64,000 nucleotides of DNA from NCBI GenBank assembly GCA_030770535.1, contig JASVEC010000023.1:744001-808000 (forward strand), given 5' to 3'. Below are positions 39,268-52,683 of the stretch, piece by piece. The stretch is from Batkoa obscura (taxonomy: Eukaryota). Under the pieces are notes generated by a model, which had not been told where the DNA came from, ran no database searches, and was given only the letters and a program-made list of their open reading frames with translations. The position numbers were made by a program, and so were the translations under genes. Positions within the stretch are counted from its first letter, which is position 1. Each line of letters opens with the position of its first letter.

Positions 39268-40898
39268 ATGACCAATCCAACAATATTAAAACAAATAGAA
39301 AAGGAGGATAACATCATTGACCAGAAAAAAGGGGATTCAGTTATTATCGATGACAATAGTCAAAGTGATAATATTGAATATATCCCTGGTAAAATCCCAT
39401 TACAAGCGTGGTTCATTATTATTACTGAACTTGGTGAAAGATTCACTTATTATGGAGTTACTCTAATGTTTATTCCCTATCTTACTAAAGTGTTAGATCA
39501 AAGTAAAGCAAGTGCATCAGCTATTAATCGAGGATTCCAATTTCTATCTTTTTTAACTACAGTTATTGGAGCTGTGGTAGCGGATGTTTACCTCGGTAAA
39601 TTTAAAGCCATCATTTTATCTTCTATCTTTTATTTTGTTGGTTTAATATTATTGGCTTTATCAGCAATCAACCCTTCTTTAGAAGCTGGTTTTGGTTTAC
39701 CTGGTTTTTGTTTAGCTATCTTTTTATTTATGGCTTGGGGTGCAGGTGGTATTAAAGCAAATGTTAATACTTTCACAGCTGAGCAGATTCCTTTAGGTAA
39801 CTTTCATTAATGTTTAATTAATAAGTCCATAATATTAATGGATTAATTCTAGGTGATAAACCAACTGATAATCCTAATAAAATGATTAGTTATGATCTTA
39901 CGGTAGAAAGAGTATTTCGATTCTTTTATTGGTCGGTTAATGTAGGATCTTTATTAGGACCTTTAGTATGTCCTCCAGTTGTTAAAGCTTTTGATTATTC
40001 CATTGGCTTTGCAATTCCATGTGTTATATTTATAGTTACTAATTTCTTTTTCATAATGGGTAAAGTATTTTTAAAATATAAACAAGTAGAATTGAAAGGA
40101 AATCCAATTATTAAAGTAATTAAAGTCTTGAAATATTGTTTAAATAACCGAAATCAAAAGAATAATGAGGGTAAAGAGTATGAGCATTGGTTAGATAAGG
40201 CTAAAAATCAATTTAACGAAATTGATAATCAATTTATTGATGATTTAAAACGTACATTTAATGCCTGTAAAGTATTTTTATTCTTTTCTATTTATTGGGC
40301 ATTAAATTATAATACATCTGATTCCTTTATATTAATGGGTTTAACTATGGAATCTCCCTCTTGGTTATCAGCTGAACAATTAAATTTGTTTAATTCTATA
40401 ACAATTATTATATTAATACCGATTATGGATTTCTTCGTATTTCCAATCTTAAGAAAATTCGGATTTAAATTAGGTCCAATTACACGTATTACAATCGGGT
40501 TCTTCATTTGTTTTTTAGCATTCATCTATATGACTGTTTTACAAAAAATAGTATATTCTACAGGGCCTTATTATGATTTTACTAATTTAAATGGTGTTAA
40601 AGATCCAGTTAATCAAATATCTGTATGGTATCAAGTACCAGGTTATTTATTATTAGCTATAAGTGAAGTGTTTTCTGCAACTACAGTATTAGAATATTCT
40701 TATCAATATGCCTCTCCTGAATTGAAATCTGTTGTTTCTTCATTATATTATTTATCAGTTTGTATTTCTTCTTTAATTGGTATGTTGTTGGCTATTTGGT
40801 CTTATGATCCTAATTATGTACCTTTATTTGCTGCACAAACGGTTGTTATGGGTATTTGTACGATCGTATTTTATCTCATGTTTAGACATACTGAATGA
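39268..40898 (+). CDS. PTR2: POT/PTR family peptide transporter (intron 39797-39852)
   Basis: ELGERFTYYG, GAGGIKANV..F.AEQ, FYWSVNVGSL and LEYSYQYASPELKS. Confidence 0.92.
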
Positions 40899-41022
40899 AA
40901 GATATTACTATCAGCAATATTATTACAACAATAATGATATAAATTAATATAAATTAATATAAATTAATATAAATTAAATAATAAAGTAAAATAAATAAAC
41001 AAATGTGTAATTTTATATATAA

Positions 41023-41793
41023 CTATAACTTTGATTTTAACTTTCCAAAGTGCTTAAAAAAATGAATAGAATGTTGATCTACCTTATTTAGTAATTGTAA
41101 CATATCATTTGAAAATTGAGCTTTCTTTTTAGTTCTAAAATCAATACATGTCTGTTCTATTACTGCTTTTATCATCATTTTCTTTTTTTTACAAGAATAA
41201 ATAATTGCTTCAATAACTAGTTTTTCTTTTGTATAGTCTTGAATTTGAACACCTATTATTAACTATAAATAAAATTAATCTTTATAAGGATAATAGAATG
41301 TGATAATATGAAATTAATTTACTTCATCTGGAAACTTAATATAATCTAAATATTCTATTTTTGTATTACTAGTTACACTAGCATCTCTTTCTCCTTTGGA
41401 ATAATCAATTAAATCTTCAATAGATAATTGAGAATATAGTAACATAATATAAAAAGCTCTTGCTAAATTTTAATAAGTTTTAATAAATGAATGACTATTT
41501 AATTTTAATAATATTAATTACCATTTTCAATCATTTTTAATATTTCTAATGTACTTAAATTTTGGGTACTATCCTAATTGATATTATAATCATTAGTTAA
41601 ATATAAAAAAGACTATAATATCATAGTACTAGTTTACCATTTGACTCCAATTTAAAGATTGAGATAATAAAATTGGATAATTTTTTAATTTTTGTTTGCT
41701 TTCATTATTTACAAGATAGTCCAATTGCTCTTTAGTTATGAAATTAGCATACTTCATCTGACTATAAATTAATTTCATTGTTTCGGTAGCCAT
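41023..41793 (-). CDS. Hotdog-fold (4HBT-like) thioesterase-like protein with C-terminal PTS1 (SKL); 3 introns
   Basis: Manual splicing gives LNWSQMDSTQNL..MIENGRAFY..IEYLDYIKFPDELIIGVQI..CIDFRTKKKAQF..KLKSKL*. Not in the ORF track. Confidence 0.65.
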
Positions 41794-42310
41794 TTGTATT
41801 TAGATAAATAAATAAATAAAGTTGAAAGAAATAAAATTAAAAAGTTCAACAATTACTACTTTTTATAACTGTTAAAAATTCTAATTGGAGTTTTTAGTGA
41901 AGTCAAGTCATCAAGTTTTATTATTTGATCAAAGAAAAACTGCCATTTTTTATGTAATTTGCTCAATTGATCAACTGAATTAAATATTTCAGTTCAATTT
42001 ATTACTTAAACAAATAAATTAAAGAATACTGATATTATTATAAAAGTAGATTCAATGACGCTTTATTATATATTATCAGATAGATATTAACCTATCTTCA
42101 CTGACTTGAACTCAAAACCTTATTAAAAAACTGAGTATTTAGTCAGGGCAGATTCAAACTTAACCAATTAGAAACAAGTTTTTAATTATTGATTTCGAAG
42201 CTAGAGAATTTCTAATACGTATAAAATCCACATCAATTAAATTCTCACACTTTTTAATTTCTTTATTTTAGTTAAACTTTTAGATATTGTAAAAATAGTA
42301 ATAATAAAAG

Positions 42311-43927
42311 ATGACTACTCCAGCAAATAATTCATGGGATATCAAAATTACAGAGGTTGCTAAACGTACTTATAATCCAATTCGTCAAGTTGTGGATGGT
42401 ATGAAAGTAGCTCCAAATCCAGAAAAAAAAGTTATTAGCTTATCAATTGGTAAATAAAAGTTATATTATTTTATGTATACTTACAATTTGTTTTAATAAT
42501 GTACTGATTATTTTTTAATAGGTGATCCAACTGTTTTCGGAAATTTTAAAGTACATGATTCGATTGAAGATAGTTTAATTAAAGCTATTAAAAGTTCAAA
42601 AGCTAACGGTTATGCACCTGCTCATGGTAAAAATGATAATAATTTTTATTATTAATAAAACAATTTATCTCTTTATCCTTTTAGGTTTTGAATATGCTCG
42701 TCAAGCTATCGCAGATAAATTTTCAACCGAAACTTCACCATTAACAGCTAATGTAAGTGCATGAAAAGAATAATTATTTTATTATTTGTTAATAGATTTC
42801 AACAGGATGTTATCATTGGTTCAGGCTGTTCCGGTGCCCTTGAATTAGTAGTTAGTGCCATGATTAATCATGATCAAACTTTATTAATACCAAGACCTGG
42901 ATTTTCATTATATCGTACATTTGCAGAAAGTAAAGGTTTTAATGTTGAAGAATATGATTTATTAGTAAGTTAAAAATATTAGTTTAAACTATTTTGTTTA
43001 TGTAAATGATATTAATAATGTTTTACTTTAAAATTAATTAGCCAGAAAAACAATGGGAGATTGATTTAGAACAATTAGATAAACTAATTACAAATAAAAC
43101 TGGAGCTGTTTTAATTAATAAGTAAGTTTATTTAAATTAACCCATCTCTTCTATCTCTCGTTAATCCATATTAACCCTTGTCATTAATAGCCCCTCCAAT
43201 CCCTGCGGTTCTGTGTTTAGTAAAGAACATTTAATAGAAATCCTAAAAGTATGTGAAAAACATCGAGTACCTATTATTGCTGATGAAATTTATTGTGATA
43301 TGGTATTTGAGGGAAATCAATTTTATCCTATTGCTTCTTTAACTAGTGAAGTTCCAGTTATCGCAGTTGGTGGCATTGCTAAAAAGTATTTAGTTCCAGG
43401 ATGGAGAGTAGGATGGGCTATGGTTCATGATAGAAATGGATTACTCGAAGAGGTAAAAGGTTTTGGGATAAAATAATTCCAAGTACTAATTGAATTTTTT
43501 TATTTAGGTTCGTAAAGCCTTAATTAGTTTATCTCAATTAATTATTGGTTCGAATACATTAATTCAAGCCGCCTTACCCGATATCTTACATAATACACCG
43601 GAAGAATTTTATCAAGATACAATTAAAGCATTAGAACATAATGTTAAAATTAGTCATGAAATATTATCGAATATCCCTGGTCTTCATGTCATTGAACCTC
43701 AAGGTGCTATGTATATGATGGTTGGTATTGATACTACTAAATTAAATGGAATCTCAGATGATGTTCAATTTACTGAAAAATTAATGGCTGAAGAATCAGT
43801 CTTCTGTTTACCTGGTAAATGTTTTAGATATCCTAACTATTTCCGTGTAGTTATTACAGCTCCACCAGAACAACTTAAAGAAGCTTATCTTCGTATTGAA
43901 CAATTTTGTAAGAGATATACAAAATAA
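42311..43927 (+). CDS. TAT: Tyrosine aminotransferase (PLP class I), multi-exon
   Basis: NPIRQVVD, LSIGDPTVFGNF, NPSNPCGSV, IADEIY and GGIAKKYLVPGWRVGW. Confidence 0.92.
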
Positions 43928-44025
43928 ATAAATATATCAATTAGATATATTAATTAAAATATATTAATTAAAATATACTAATTAAATGAATATATTAAAA
44001 TTATCTCTTTTTATTTAATTTATTA

Positions 44026-45676
44026 TTATAATTTAAATGGTTTTTGATGAAGATTTAACTTTATATTACTGGATTTAGTGGAAGTAATGGTGATATTTAA
44101 TATATGAGGTAAAACCGAATGAATAAAATAATCTTCTGTGAATTGCATCTAAGAGAGGAATTGAAGTTAATTAAATGAATTTAATAAAATATAAAAAATA
44201 ATGACTTACATGTTCAAAAGGAGCAGTAAAAAAGAATAATTTGTTTTTTTCTTTTAATGTTTTTAAACCAAGCCAATTCTAGTTTATTTTGTTACATTAG
44301 TATTTGATTAGATTGCGTTATTTAAAGATATTTTATTTACCTCTTTATAACTTATTTGATCTTCTAATTTAATTAAATTAGGATTATTTGATTCATAGGT
44401 AGAAAACCACTATTAAATTTATTAATTAATTATCATTACTTACAATATATAATAAACTTATAAATTAAAATTTACCGCAGTATCTTTAGGAATTAAGATG
44501 GTATCTTTTTCAAATTTAAATAAAATTAATTTATTTAAATTTATCAATTGATTGAAATAGGTTTGATTTTTAACCTATTATAATAAATAAATAAGTATCT
44601 TTTTTAATTCTATAAAATAATTTACTTTTAATTCATTATTAACATCTGGAAGAAATGAATTATATTTCAAATAAGTTTCATATTGCGTTGGATCCTATTA
44701 TAAATTGAAAGCATTCATTAATTTCTATTATCAACTTAATAAACTATAAAAAATAATAAACCTACTTTAACATATTGAGCTTGAATAATATGATTTCTGA
44801 TATAATAAGAATAAGCTCCATTACGCATTAAATAGTTAATCCATCGACATTTTATGGTATCTAAATTTTTATCACATCCAGGCGCAAAGGAAACGCCTAA
44901 AATTGATTTAAATATTAATTTTCTTAGTGAATTTCTCCGTCATTGTTTTATTTTATGCTATTGAAATAAAACAATCCGAAGTTAAATAGAATAATAACTA
45001 CTCACCACTATGAGGAGAACCTAAAGTAATTAAATTAAAAACCTTAAGTTTGGGACACTTTTGTAAAGCTGAGCGAAGAAATAAACCGCCCTTATTTTTT
45101 TGATAAAATATCAATACATTAGCTTAATTTAATATAATTATTTCAGCTCACTTGAGATAATCCAATGGCATTAAACCCATTTTTTAATTCAGCTATACTA
45201 TTTAATTGATGGCAAACAAAAGGGATCTAGATTTATTATTGACATACATTATTATAAAAAATAGGAACAAAAGAAGAAACAAAAGGAAAAAAGTACTCAC
45301 TTGTTCATTTAAATTCCCAAAAAATCCAGCATCTCTATCTTTATTTGTTTGTTGATCAAGATACACCGAGTGAACAAAGGTATTTGGGGAGACTCGATTA
45401 ATGATTTTTATCAATCTTTGCATCCTTGTTAGTGAAAAATAGTTATTCATTTATTATTTTATTATAAATTTTATTATCACTTACGAATCTGGATTGTTAT
45501 AACTATCACCCATGCCATGCCATAATACAACTAAGTTTTAATAAAAATAGGTCAATATATTTTATTTCCATTAATATCATTTTATTTGGTTAATTACTTG
45601 GCAACTCAAAAATATTAACAGCGTTGATCAAAGACAGATGAAAGAATAATAATAGTTTTATTGAATTGAAATTCAT
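44026..45676 (-). CDS. PPT1: Palmitoyl-protein thioesterase 1-like, with signal peptide, many introns
   Basis: VVLWHGMGDS, GFFGNLNEQ, GFNAIGLSQGGLFLR, LITLGSPHSG and LGLKTL. Confidence 0.85.
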
Positions 45677-45880
45677 GACTGCTTATTTTGAAGATTAAAT
45701 AAATTGAAATTGAAATTCTAGTCATTAAAAATGAATTTTTTGAATTATTTTAAGCCACCAAAATTCTTTTAAAAAAATTCAAAGATTTTAATTGGTAAGT
45801 TAAAGAATCAAAGAACTATTATTTCTAATTTATCTAAAAAAAACACCTTTTGTATAACTTACAATACATCAGTATCCCTC

Positions 45881-48800
45881 ATGAAAAGAGAGAATCGCAC
45901 AAGTCGAATATTAGAATTACGCAACAAATTTGAGAGTGAAAAAGCTATCCCGGATCCTCCTCCCTCTCCCACTTCTAATGATATTAAATTAAAGCGAAGT
46001 TCATTTAATCAAGTTACTTCAAACATCATTAATACGGAATCAAAACTAAAGAGAAGTTCTTTAAATTATGGTAAGTATTATTCATATCTTAGTTTAATCA
46101 TATTATTAATAATAATATTCTTAATTTAGATAAATTAAAAAAATGGGGTAATCGATGGGAGCCTGGATTAAAAAGTAAAAGTAGGGAATTGAATCAAGTG
46201 AAGGAAAAGAAGAATGACGAGACTAATATACAAGAAAGTAATTTGATAGATAATAATGTTATTAAGACTGATGAACCTCTTGAATTATTGAAAGAAAAAG
46301 AGGAAAAAGTTGAAGTTGAAGGGAATATTGGTATAAATACTAATAACTCTGTAGATTTAATAAAACAGCAGTTTGATAATATGAATATTGGTGATTTAGA
46401 ACCGAAAAATTTGATAAAAGAAGGCATCGATGATATAGTGAAAGAAGAAGAGGACGTCACTATTAAGAATAATGAGCCAATTGATTTGATAGAAGAAAGT
46501 TTTAATAATGTAAATAATTTGGACAACATACAGCAGGGAAATAAAAATGAAAACAATCTAAATAGCCAAAATGAGGAATCTATTGATTTAACTGAAGAAG
46601 GATTCGATACTATAAATAATAAAGAAGGAACTCAACAAGTGAAAGATGATAGTATTAAAAATCCTGAACCTATTTTATCAACAAAAGGAGAAGCTTTAGC
46701 ATTAACAATAAATCAAGGGGGTGATATCCAAAATCTAATAAGTAATGGTGCAATCGATGACCTTTCCATTCAATTAAAAGATCCTGTTTGGAGTTCGGAA
46801 GAAGAAATTGTAAATCATTTAGCAACTGATAATCATAAAAGAGGTTCTTTTTTAACAGCAGATAATAGTATTATATTATCTGAATATTCAATGAGTGAAA
46901 GTGATCCTAGTGGTAACCTTCGATTGGATGAGAATGGAAATGATGTTTTGTCAATATCTCATTTGTTAGGAGATGATGCTTTGTTAAACGAGAATTCATT
47001 TTTGAATGATAAAAGTGGAGTATCTTCCTCCTTTTTTGATGAGAAAAGTAAATTGGAAGAAGGGTTGGCTAACGGACATAGTAGTAGTTTTATTATTAAT
47101 CAGGAGGAAGAAGAGGATAATAATAAACCAGTTCTTGAGTGGGAGAAAAAAGAAAGTGATAACATTGTATCGGAAGATAGTAATGCTTTAGATAAAGGAG
47201 ATACTAAGGAAGATAATTTGATAAATAAAAATATTATACTGGGTGATAATAACGTAGATAGTATATTAGAAAACGATAGCAGTGTTAAATTAGTGGATAA
47301 TAAAGAAAATGAATTAAGTAATGATCGTGTTGTATTTGATAATAGTATCACTGAACCAAAAGATGATAAAGTTAAAGATAATGAAGTTGTTAGTCCAAAT
47401 AATAATCAGAGTTATAAAAATAGTGTTGTATTGGATAATGATAATACTAAGTTAATTAATAATATTAATAATGATACTATATTAAATAATAATAGTCCAT
47501 TGGAGGAAATTAGTGGTAATGTATACAAAGATACTAACAACACTATATTAGAGAATAGTAATAATAGATTAGAGGATAGTATTTTATCAAGTGAAAATAC
47601 AGTATATCGTAAAGTCATTAATGATGGTATTGAATTAGATAATAATATTACAGTAAATGAGAACACTTCAATGAATGGCGATGTAATAAACAGGGATATT
47701 ATGTTAGACAATAGCATCAATAACAGTGTAAATAATAATAACATATTAGACAGCACTACTTCTATGAAGAATAGTAAGGATGTTAATGCTATTTCAAATA
47801 ACAATATGAGTAAAGAAACCCAACAGCATAAAAAAGCACAATTAAGTAACGTAAGTGAAGATCAATTACATGACATCACCAGTTTATATTATGAAGATGT
47901 AACCAATTCAGAAGAAGAAAATGAAATAATAGAAAGTAATAAAGAATATTTAAAATATTTACAAATTGAAATACCAGAAGAATGTTATATACCATTACAA
48001 TGTTTTATTTATCAAGAAAGTATAGCTTATTTTAGTTTATTAAAAGAATTTGAGGGGGCTATTTTTAATGCTAATATTAAAAAAAATTATTTTGTGGCCT
48101 GGGAAAAATGGCAAGAAAATATCATTAATGCAGCAAAGCAATTGTTTGCTAAGGAAGGTAAGTTTATTAGTTTAGTTTAGTTATTTATCTAATTTGGTTT
48201 TATATAGGATTAAGTTTAGAACCAGAGGATTTAGAATTTGAAATTGATTTTAATTTAATATTGATATTATTTAAAGAAGACATCAATTTAAGTAAATCCA
48301 TCTTATTACAATTATTAATTTCTTTAATTAAAGATGGTAATTATGACAATAAAACAAGACATTTTTTAATATTAATGGGCAATAAATTAAATGTGACAAT
48401 AAAGGACTATTTAAATGAATTAGAAATTCCATTAGCTTTAGATTTATTTAACCAAGAAATTAATGATTTTAATAAAAATTCAGAAAATCAAATAACACAT
48501 CGAGAAAATCAATCTAAAACTTCACGTTGGGCATGGACTTCTTTAGGAGCTATTGGAGGTGGTGTTGCTTTAGCTGTAACAGGTGGTTTAGCTGCTCCGT
48601 TGGTGTTACCTTATATGGGAGCAGTGTTTGGTGCCTCTTCTTTATTAGCAGGTACAAGTGGTATTGCTTTAGTAACTTCTTTATTTGGTGCTACTGGTGC
48701 AGGGTTAGCAGGATATAGAGTATCCAGAAGAATTGGAAGTATAAAAGAGTTCACATTTTTACCATTAATCAAAAAAAATGAATTAAAAAGACGATCCTTA

Positions 48801-49766
48801 AATGTAACTATTGGTATAAGTGGTTGGTTAAAATCCGAAGAAGATTTAATTTCACCATGGAAAAAATTAAAAGAAGGAGACATGTATTGTTTAAAATATG
48901 AAACAGAAATATTGTTATCAATTGGTCAAGCATTAAATAGTTTATTAGCTACTTCTGTTATTGGTATTGCTACAAATGAAGTATTAAAAAAAACAATCTT
49001 AAATGGATTAGTGGCTTCTATTGCTTGGCCATTGACTATTTTACAAGCTGGTAGTATATTAGATAATCCATGGTCATTGGGTTTAGATAGAAGTAAAAAA
49101 GCAGGATTAATATTAGCAGATGCATTAATTAATTATGCACAAGGTCATCGACCTGTTAATTTAGTTGGATTTTCATTAGGAGCAAGGGTAATCTTTTATT
49201 GTTTAGAAGAATTATTATTACGCTCCGAAAACAATTTTCAATTATTTGATATCATTGAAAATGTGGTATTGTTAGGGGCTCCAATTACTTGTGATAAAAA
49301 GCGATGGAAGGCTGTTAGAACTTTAATTTCTGGTAGATTTATTAACGGCTATATTGAACAAGATTGGATCCTTTCCTTTTTACATCGTGGTTTAAATTAT
49401 GGTCAATCAGTAGCTGGAAATATTAATCTGATCAAATATTGGAAAGAAGAATTATCAAATAAAGAAGATAATGAAGGTGAAGAAGATGAAGTGTTGGATT
49501 CAGATTCAAGTAAATCCGATATTGAATATTTAGATACAACTATGACCACTTATGAAGCTACTAGCTTAATGAAAATGAAAGAGAATAGTTTAAATATCAA
49601 AAATAATACTATTATTGAAAGTGTAGATTTATCTGAAATTGTAGAAGGTCATTTGGATTATATTAATCAAGTACCTACAATTCTGAACAAGTTGGGCTTC
49701 CAAATTAATGAATTTGAAAGCGATGTAGTACCAGAAACATTATTTGAAACAACATTTACTTTTTAA
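45881..49766 (+). CDS. DUF726 (TMCO4/Mil1-like) protein with a long Asn/Asp/Glu-rich N-terminus (introns 46071-46129, 48158-48208)
   Basis: AVTGGLAAP, LDNPWSLGLDRSKKAGLILADAL, RPVNLVGFSLGARVI and EGHLDY. Confidence 0.88.
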
Positions 49767-49846
49767 ATGTCAAGTATGAAATTTAGTTATAAATAAAGAT
49801 TAAACATAAAATAAATGAACTAGAATATTTTGTTATTTTTTATTAT

Positions 49847-50218
49847 TTAAAAATTACTTAAATCTAATTGATTAACGCCATCTAATTTAAAAACTTTTTC
49901 GATATTGTTAAAAGATATACTATTATAGTAATGAGGAAAATAGTGAGTATTATTATTCTCTATAACTGGTTCATATTTTAGTTTATCTTGGTTTAAATTC
50001 TTAGTTGATAATTTCAAAATTACTAAATCCTTCACATCTTTATAAAATCGAGTTAATACACCAGAAATTTGTTGTTTAGTACACAAATGAATATAACCTG
50101 AGGATTGATCTAAGGAAGTTAAAACTAAGGAATCAGAGTTGTTGCTAAAATCCTGATGGGAGACTTCACTCTGTTTGTAAATTTTGTAAATATATGACTC
50201 GTTGATTGAGGTAGTCAT
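49847..50218 (-). CDS. DUF952 family protein
   Basis: YIYKI, LDQSSGYIHLCT..Q, LKYE and YFPHYY. Confidence 0.85.
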   Translation of the reverse strand: MTTSINESYIYKIYKQSEVSHQDFSNNSDSLVLTSLDQSSGYIHLCTKQQISGVLTRFYKDVKDLVILKLSTKNLNQDKLKYEPVIENNNTHYFPHYYNSISFNNIEKVFKLDGVNQLDLSNF

Positions 50219-50677
50219 TTTTTAGATTTGGAATAAAAAAGTTCTAGTTTAAAATTTAATGAAAAGTTGTTTTAATTGTTTTAGTGCTTCATTCTAATTT
50301 TTTAAACCTTATGCCAAATAAGGGGAATGGACAAACTAATTAAAAGTAAAATTTTTGAAATTTTGAAAAGTTCAGTTTATCTTGGTAAAAATTTAACAAC
50401 TTTTTTCATCATCATTTATAAGACGTATCTTTTTGTAACTCAAAAGATACCTAGAAATAAGACACAAGTTTACTTCATAAAGTATACATTATATGCTATT
50501 AAAAAACCCTGTTCAAAACTTTCAAAATCTCATAAATGTTTGCAATAACTAGCAGTCCTATTCATTTCCTAGATATTTTTCTTAGTATACTTTTTTTTAT
50601 CATTTTATTTTTTCTTCATTTTTGAATCTTACTTTGTTTTGATTCAATAAAATTTTAATACTTTAAATTTACAATTT

Positions 50678-50864
50678 GAGGGTGTATTTTGTATTTAAGA
50701 ATTTTACTGTAATCTTTCCACTTAAATAGCGCTTAAAAAATGGAAAAATAATGAAATTAAAAAAAAACAGTCCCATATATTTTTTTTAATTTTTTGCTGA
50801 CAATTATTCTATTCAAATAACGCTTGAAAAATGGAAAAAGTGATAAAATCAAAAAAAATACCTC
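50678..50864. mobile_element. Two tandem family-A MITEs (50678-50774; about 50779-50864, degenerate)
   Basis: Family cores and TIR remnants. Confidence 0.8.
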
Positions 50865-51029
50865 ATATTTACTACTCTTTTTAGAGATACTTTACTTGCT
50901 TATAGCAGTGTTTATTTATAATCAATTTAATAACTTTATCTGGAATTAGAAAGAGACTTCTAACTAGCAACGTACAGCGAACATCATAATCAAACTACAA
51001 GAGAATAACTAATAATCATAGCGAATTTA

Positions 51030-52172
51030 TGAATAACAAACGAATAGTTCTACAGGTTATAAATAATATTATAGGATATGGAATGTACTTCACATGGTTG
51101 CCTGAGAAATGAAATTATGGATCCTCAGCTAAAAAAGATATTTATTATCTTGAACAATGTTTTACGTTTACGTCTAAAAATAATCTAATAATTCAATTAA
51201 ATAAAAATCAAACTTGTCATTAAAAGCAGTAGAATTTAAATCAAATTATTACTATTGCGTTCTATACTAAAAATAAAAAAGTAACATTTTATTTTTGGTT
51301 TAAAGAAGGCATCTACTTTGAACACTATGATAATTTACATCTACCTTTTAGGTATTATTTAATAATCTAATTGAATAAAAATCCGTTAAATTTGATCTTA
51401 AAAACATTACACTTTAAACTAGTTTACTATTACCGTGTTTCATATCCTAAATGAAAGTAGATGTTGTCATTTAACTTCTTGGTCAACGGTACTCAACCAT
51501 TATAAAAACTCTCTCTAAACCCATGGTTATTTAAAAAAACCTAAATTCATAAACTTACCTGGTATACACATCATATCATATCAATTTAATCTTCAAGACT
51601 AATGTCTTTAAAATAAACTATAATTTACTCTTTAATTTTATTAGATTTTACACCTGACATAGATCTTAATAAAAGGGTTACAATGGGGATACTATATGGG
51701 GATCTATTTGATTTAAGGATCTTGCTAATAATTTTTCCACTCAAATAGTGCTTAAAAGATCGAAAAAGTAATGAAGTAAAAAAACAGCCCCTATCATAGA
51801 ATAATGAGTCAAAGACGTATTTGTTTGAGGCTGGAGAATATATTGGCCAATTTAGACCATAGGAGCATGATGAATTTGCAAATGTTTTACGTAATACAAG
51901 GAGTAGTGGAATCAAATCCAATAAAATATTTGCTTACAACACTGAGGTCAATGGTGTAAAACACACTTTTGCTACTGCATGTTCTGTTGAATGTTATATA
52001 GAAGCATGTCAAAAAATGGTTTGGAATACATTCAATAGAGCAAAAGCGAGTGAATATAAAGAAATAGCAAAACTTGATGAATACTTTGCCTCTTTTATTT
52101 ATAAACCAGTTTCAATATTTAGTAATGGTTCTATAGACAGCTTAGCTAAAGAACTATTGACCGCCCTTGTTT
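51030..52172 (+). pseudogene. Decayed gene of unknown family, interrupted by a MITE
   Basis: About 100 open codons after an in-frame TAG (EHDEFANVLRNTR...ELLTALV*). 5' extent uncertain. Confidence 0.4.
51698..51791. mobile_element. Family-A MITE
   Basis: TIRs and family core. Confidence 0.85.
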
Positions 52173-52486
52173 AGCTTAGCTTACGATAGTTTTATTATTG
52201 CTTTTATAATAAACAAAGGATACAAATTTTTATTTTTTTTATTTTTTGCTATTCTATAATTTTAAAACTTTTATTTCGTATGAGTTATTGTAATATAAGT
52301 TTTAATAGTTTGGTAGTCTTGGTTACTTGAATATATTTTATAGGAATTGGAAACGCTATGAAAAGGGCTACTATTAATTTAACTTTAAATACATGTATAT
52401 TATCATATTTTTGACTTCAATGTTTAAATTAATTTTAATTTTAAGTCGTTAAAAAATGGACAAAATAGTTGAGAAAAATAGTATTT

Positions 52487-52584
52487 GGGGATGTATTTTG
52501 TGTTTAAGAATTTTACCAACAAATTTTCCGCTTAAATAGCGCTTAAAAAATGGAAAAAATAATAATGTCAAAAAAAACACTCCC
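52487..52584. mobile_element. Family-A MITE, 100 bp upstream of the coilin ATG
   Basis: TIRs with an ATTT/ATTT TSD. Confidence 0.9.
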
Positions 52585-52683
52585 ATTTTTTATCTGTTTT
52601 GCTAATTTCAACAAACCAAGCTCAAAATTTTTGAGTTTTAATCGTTTTTAATTTTATCCAAATTTGTTTCTAATAAAATAAAA

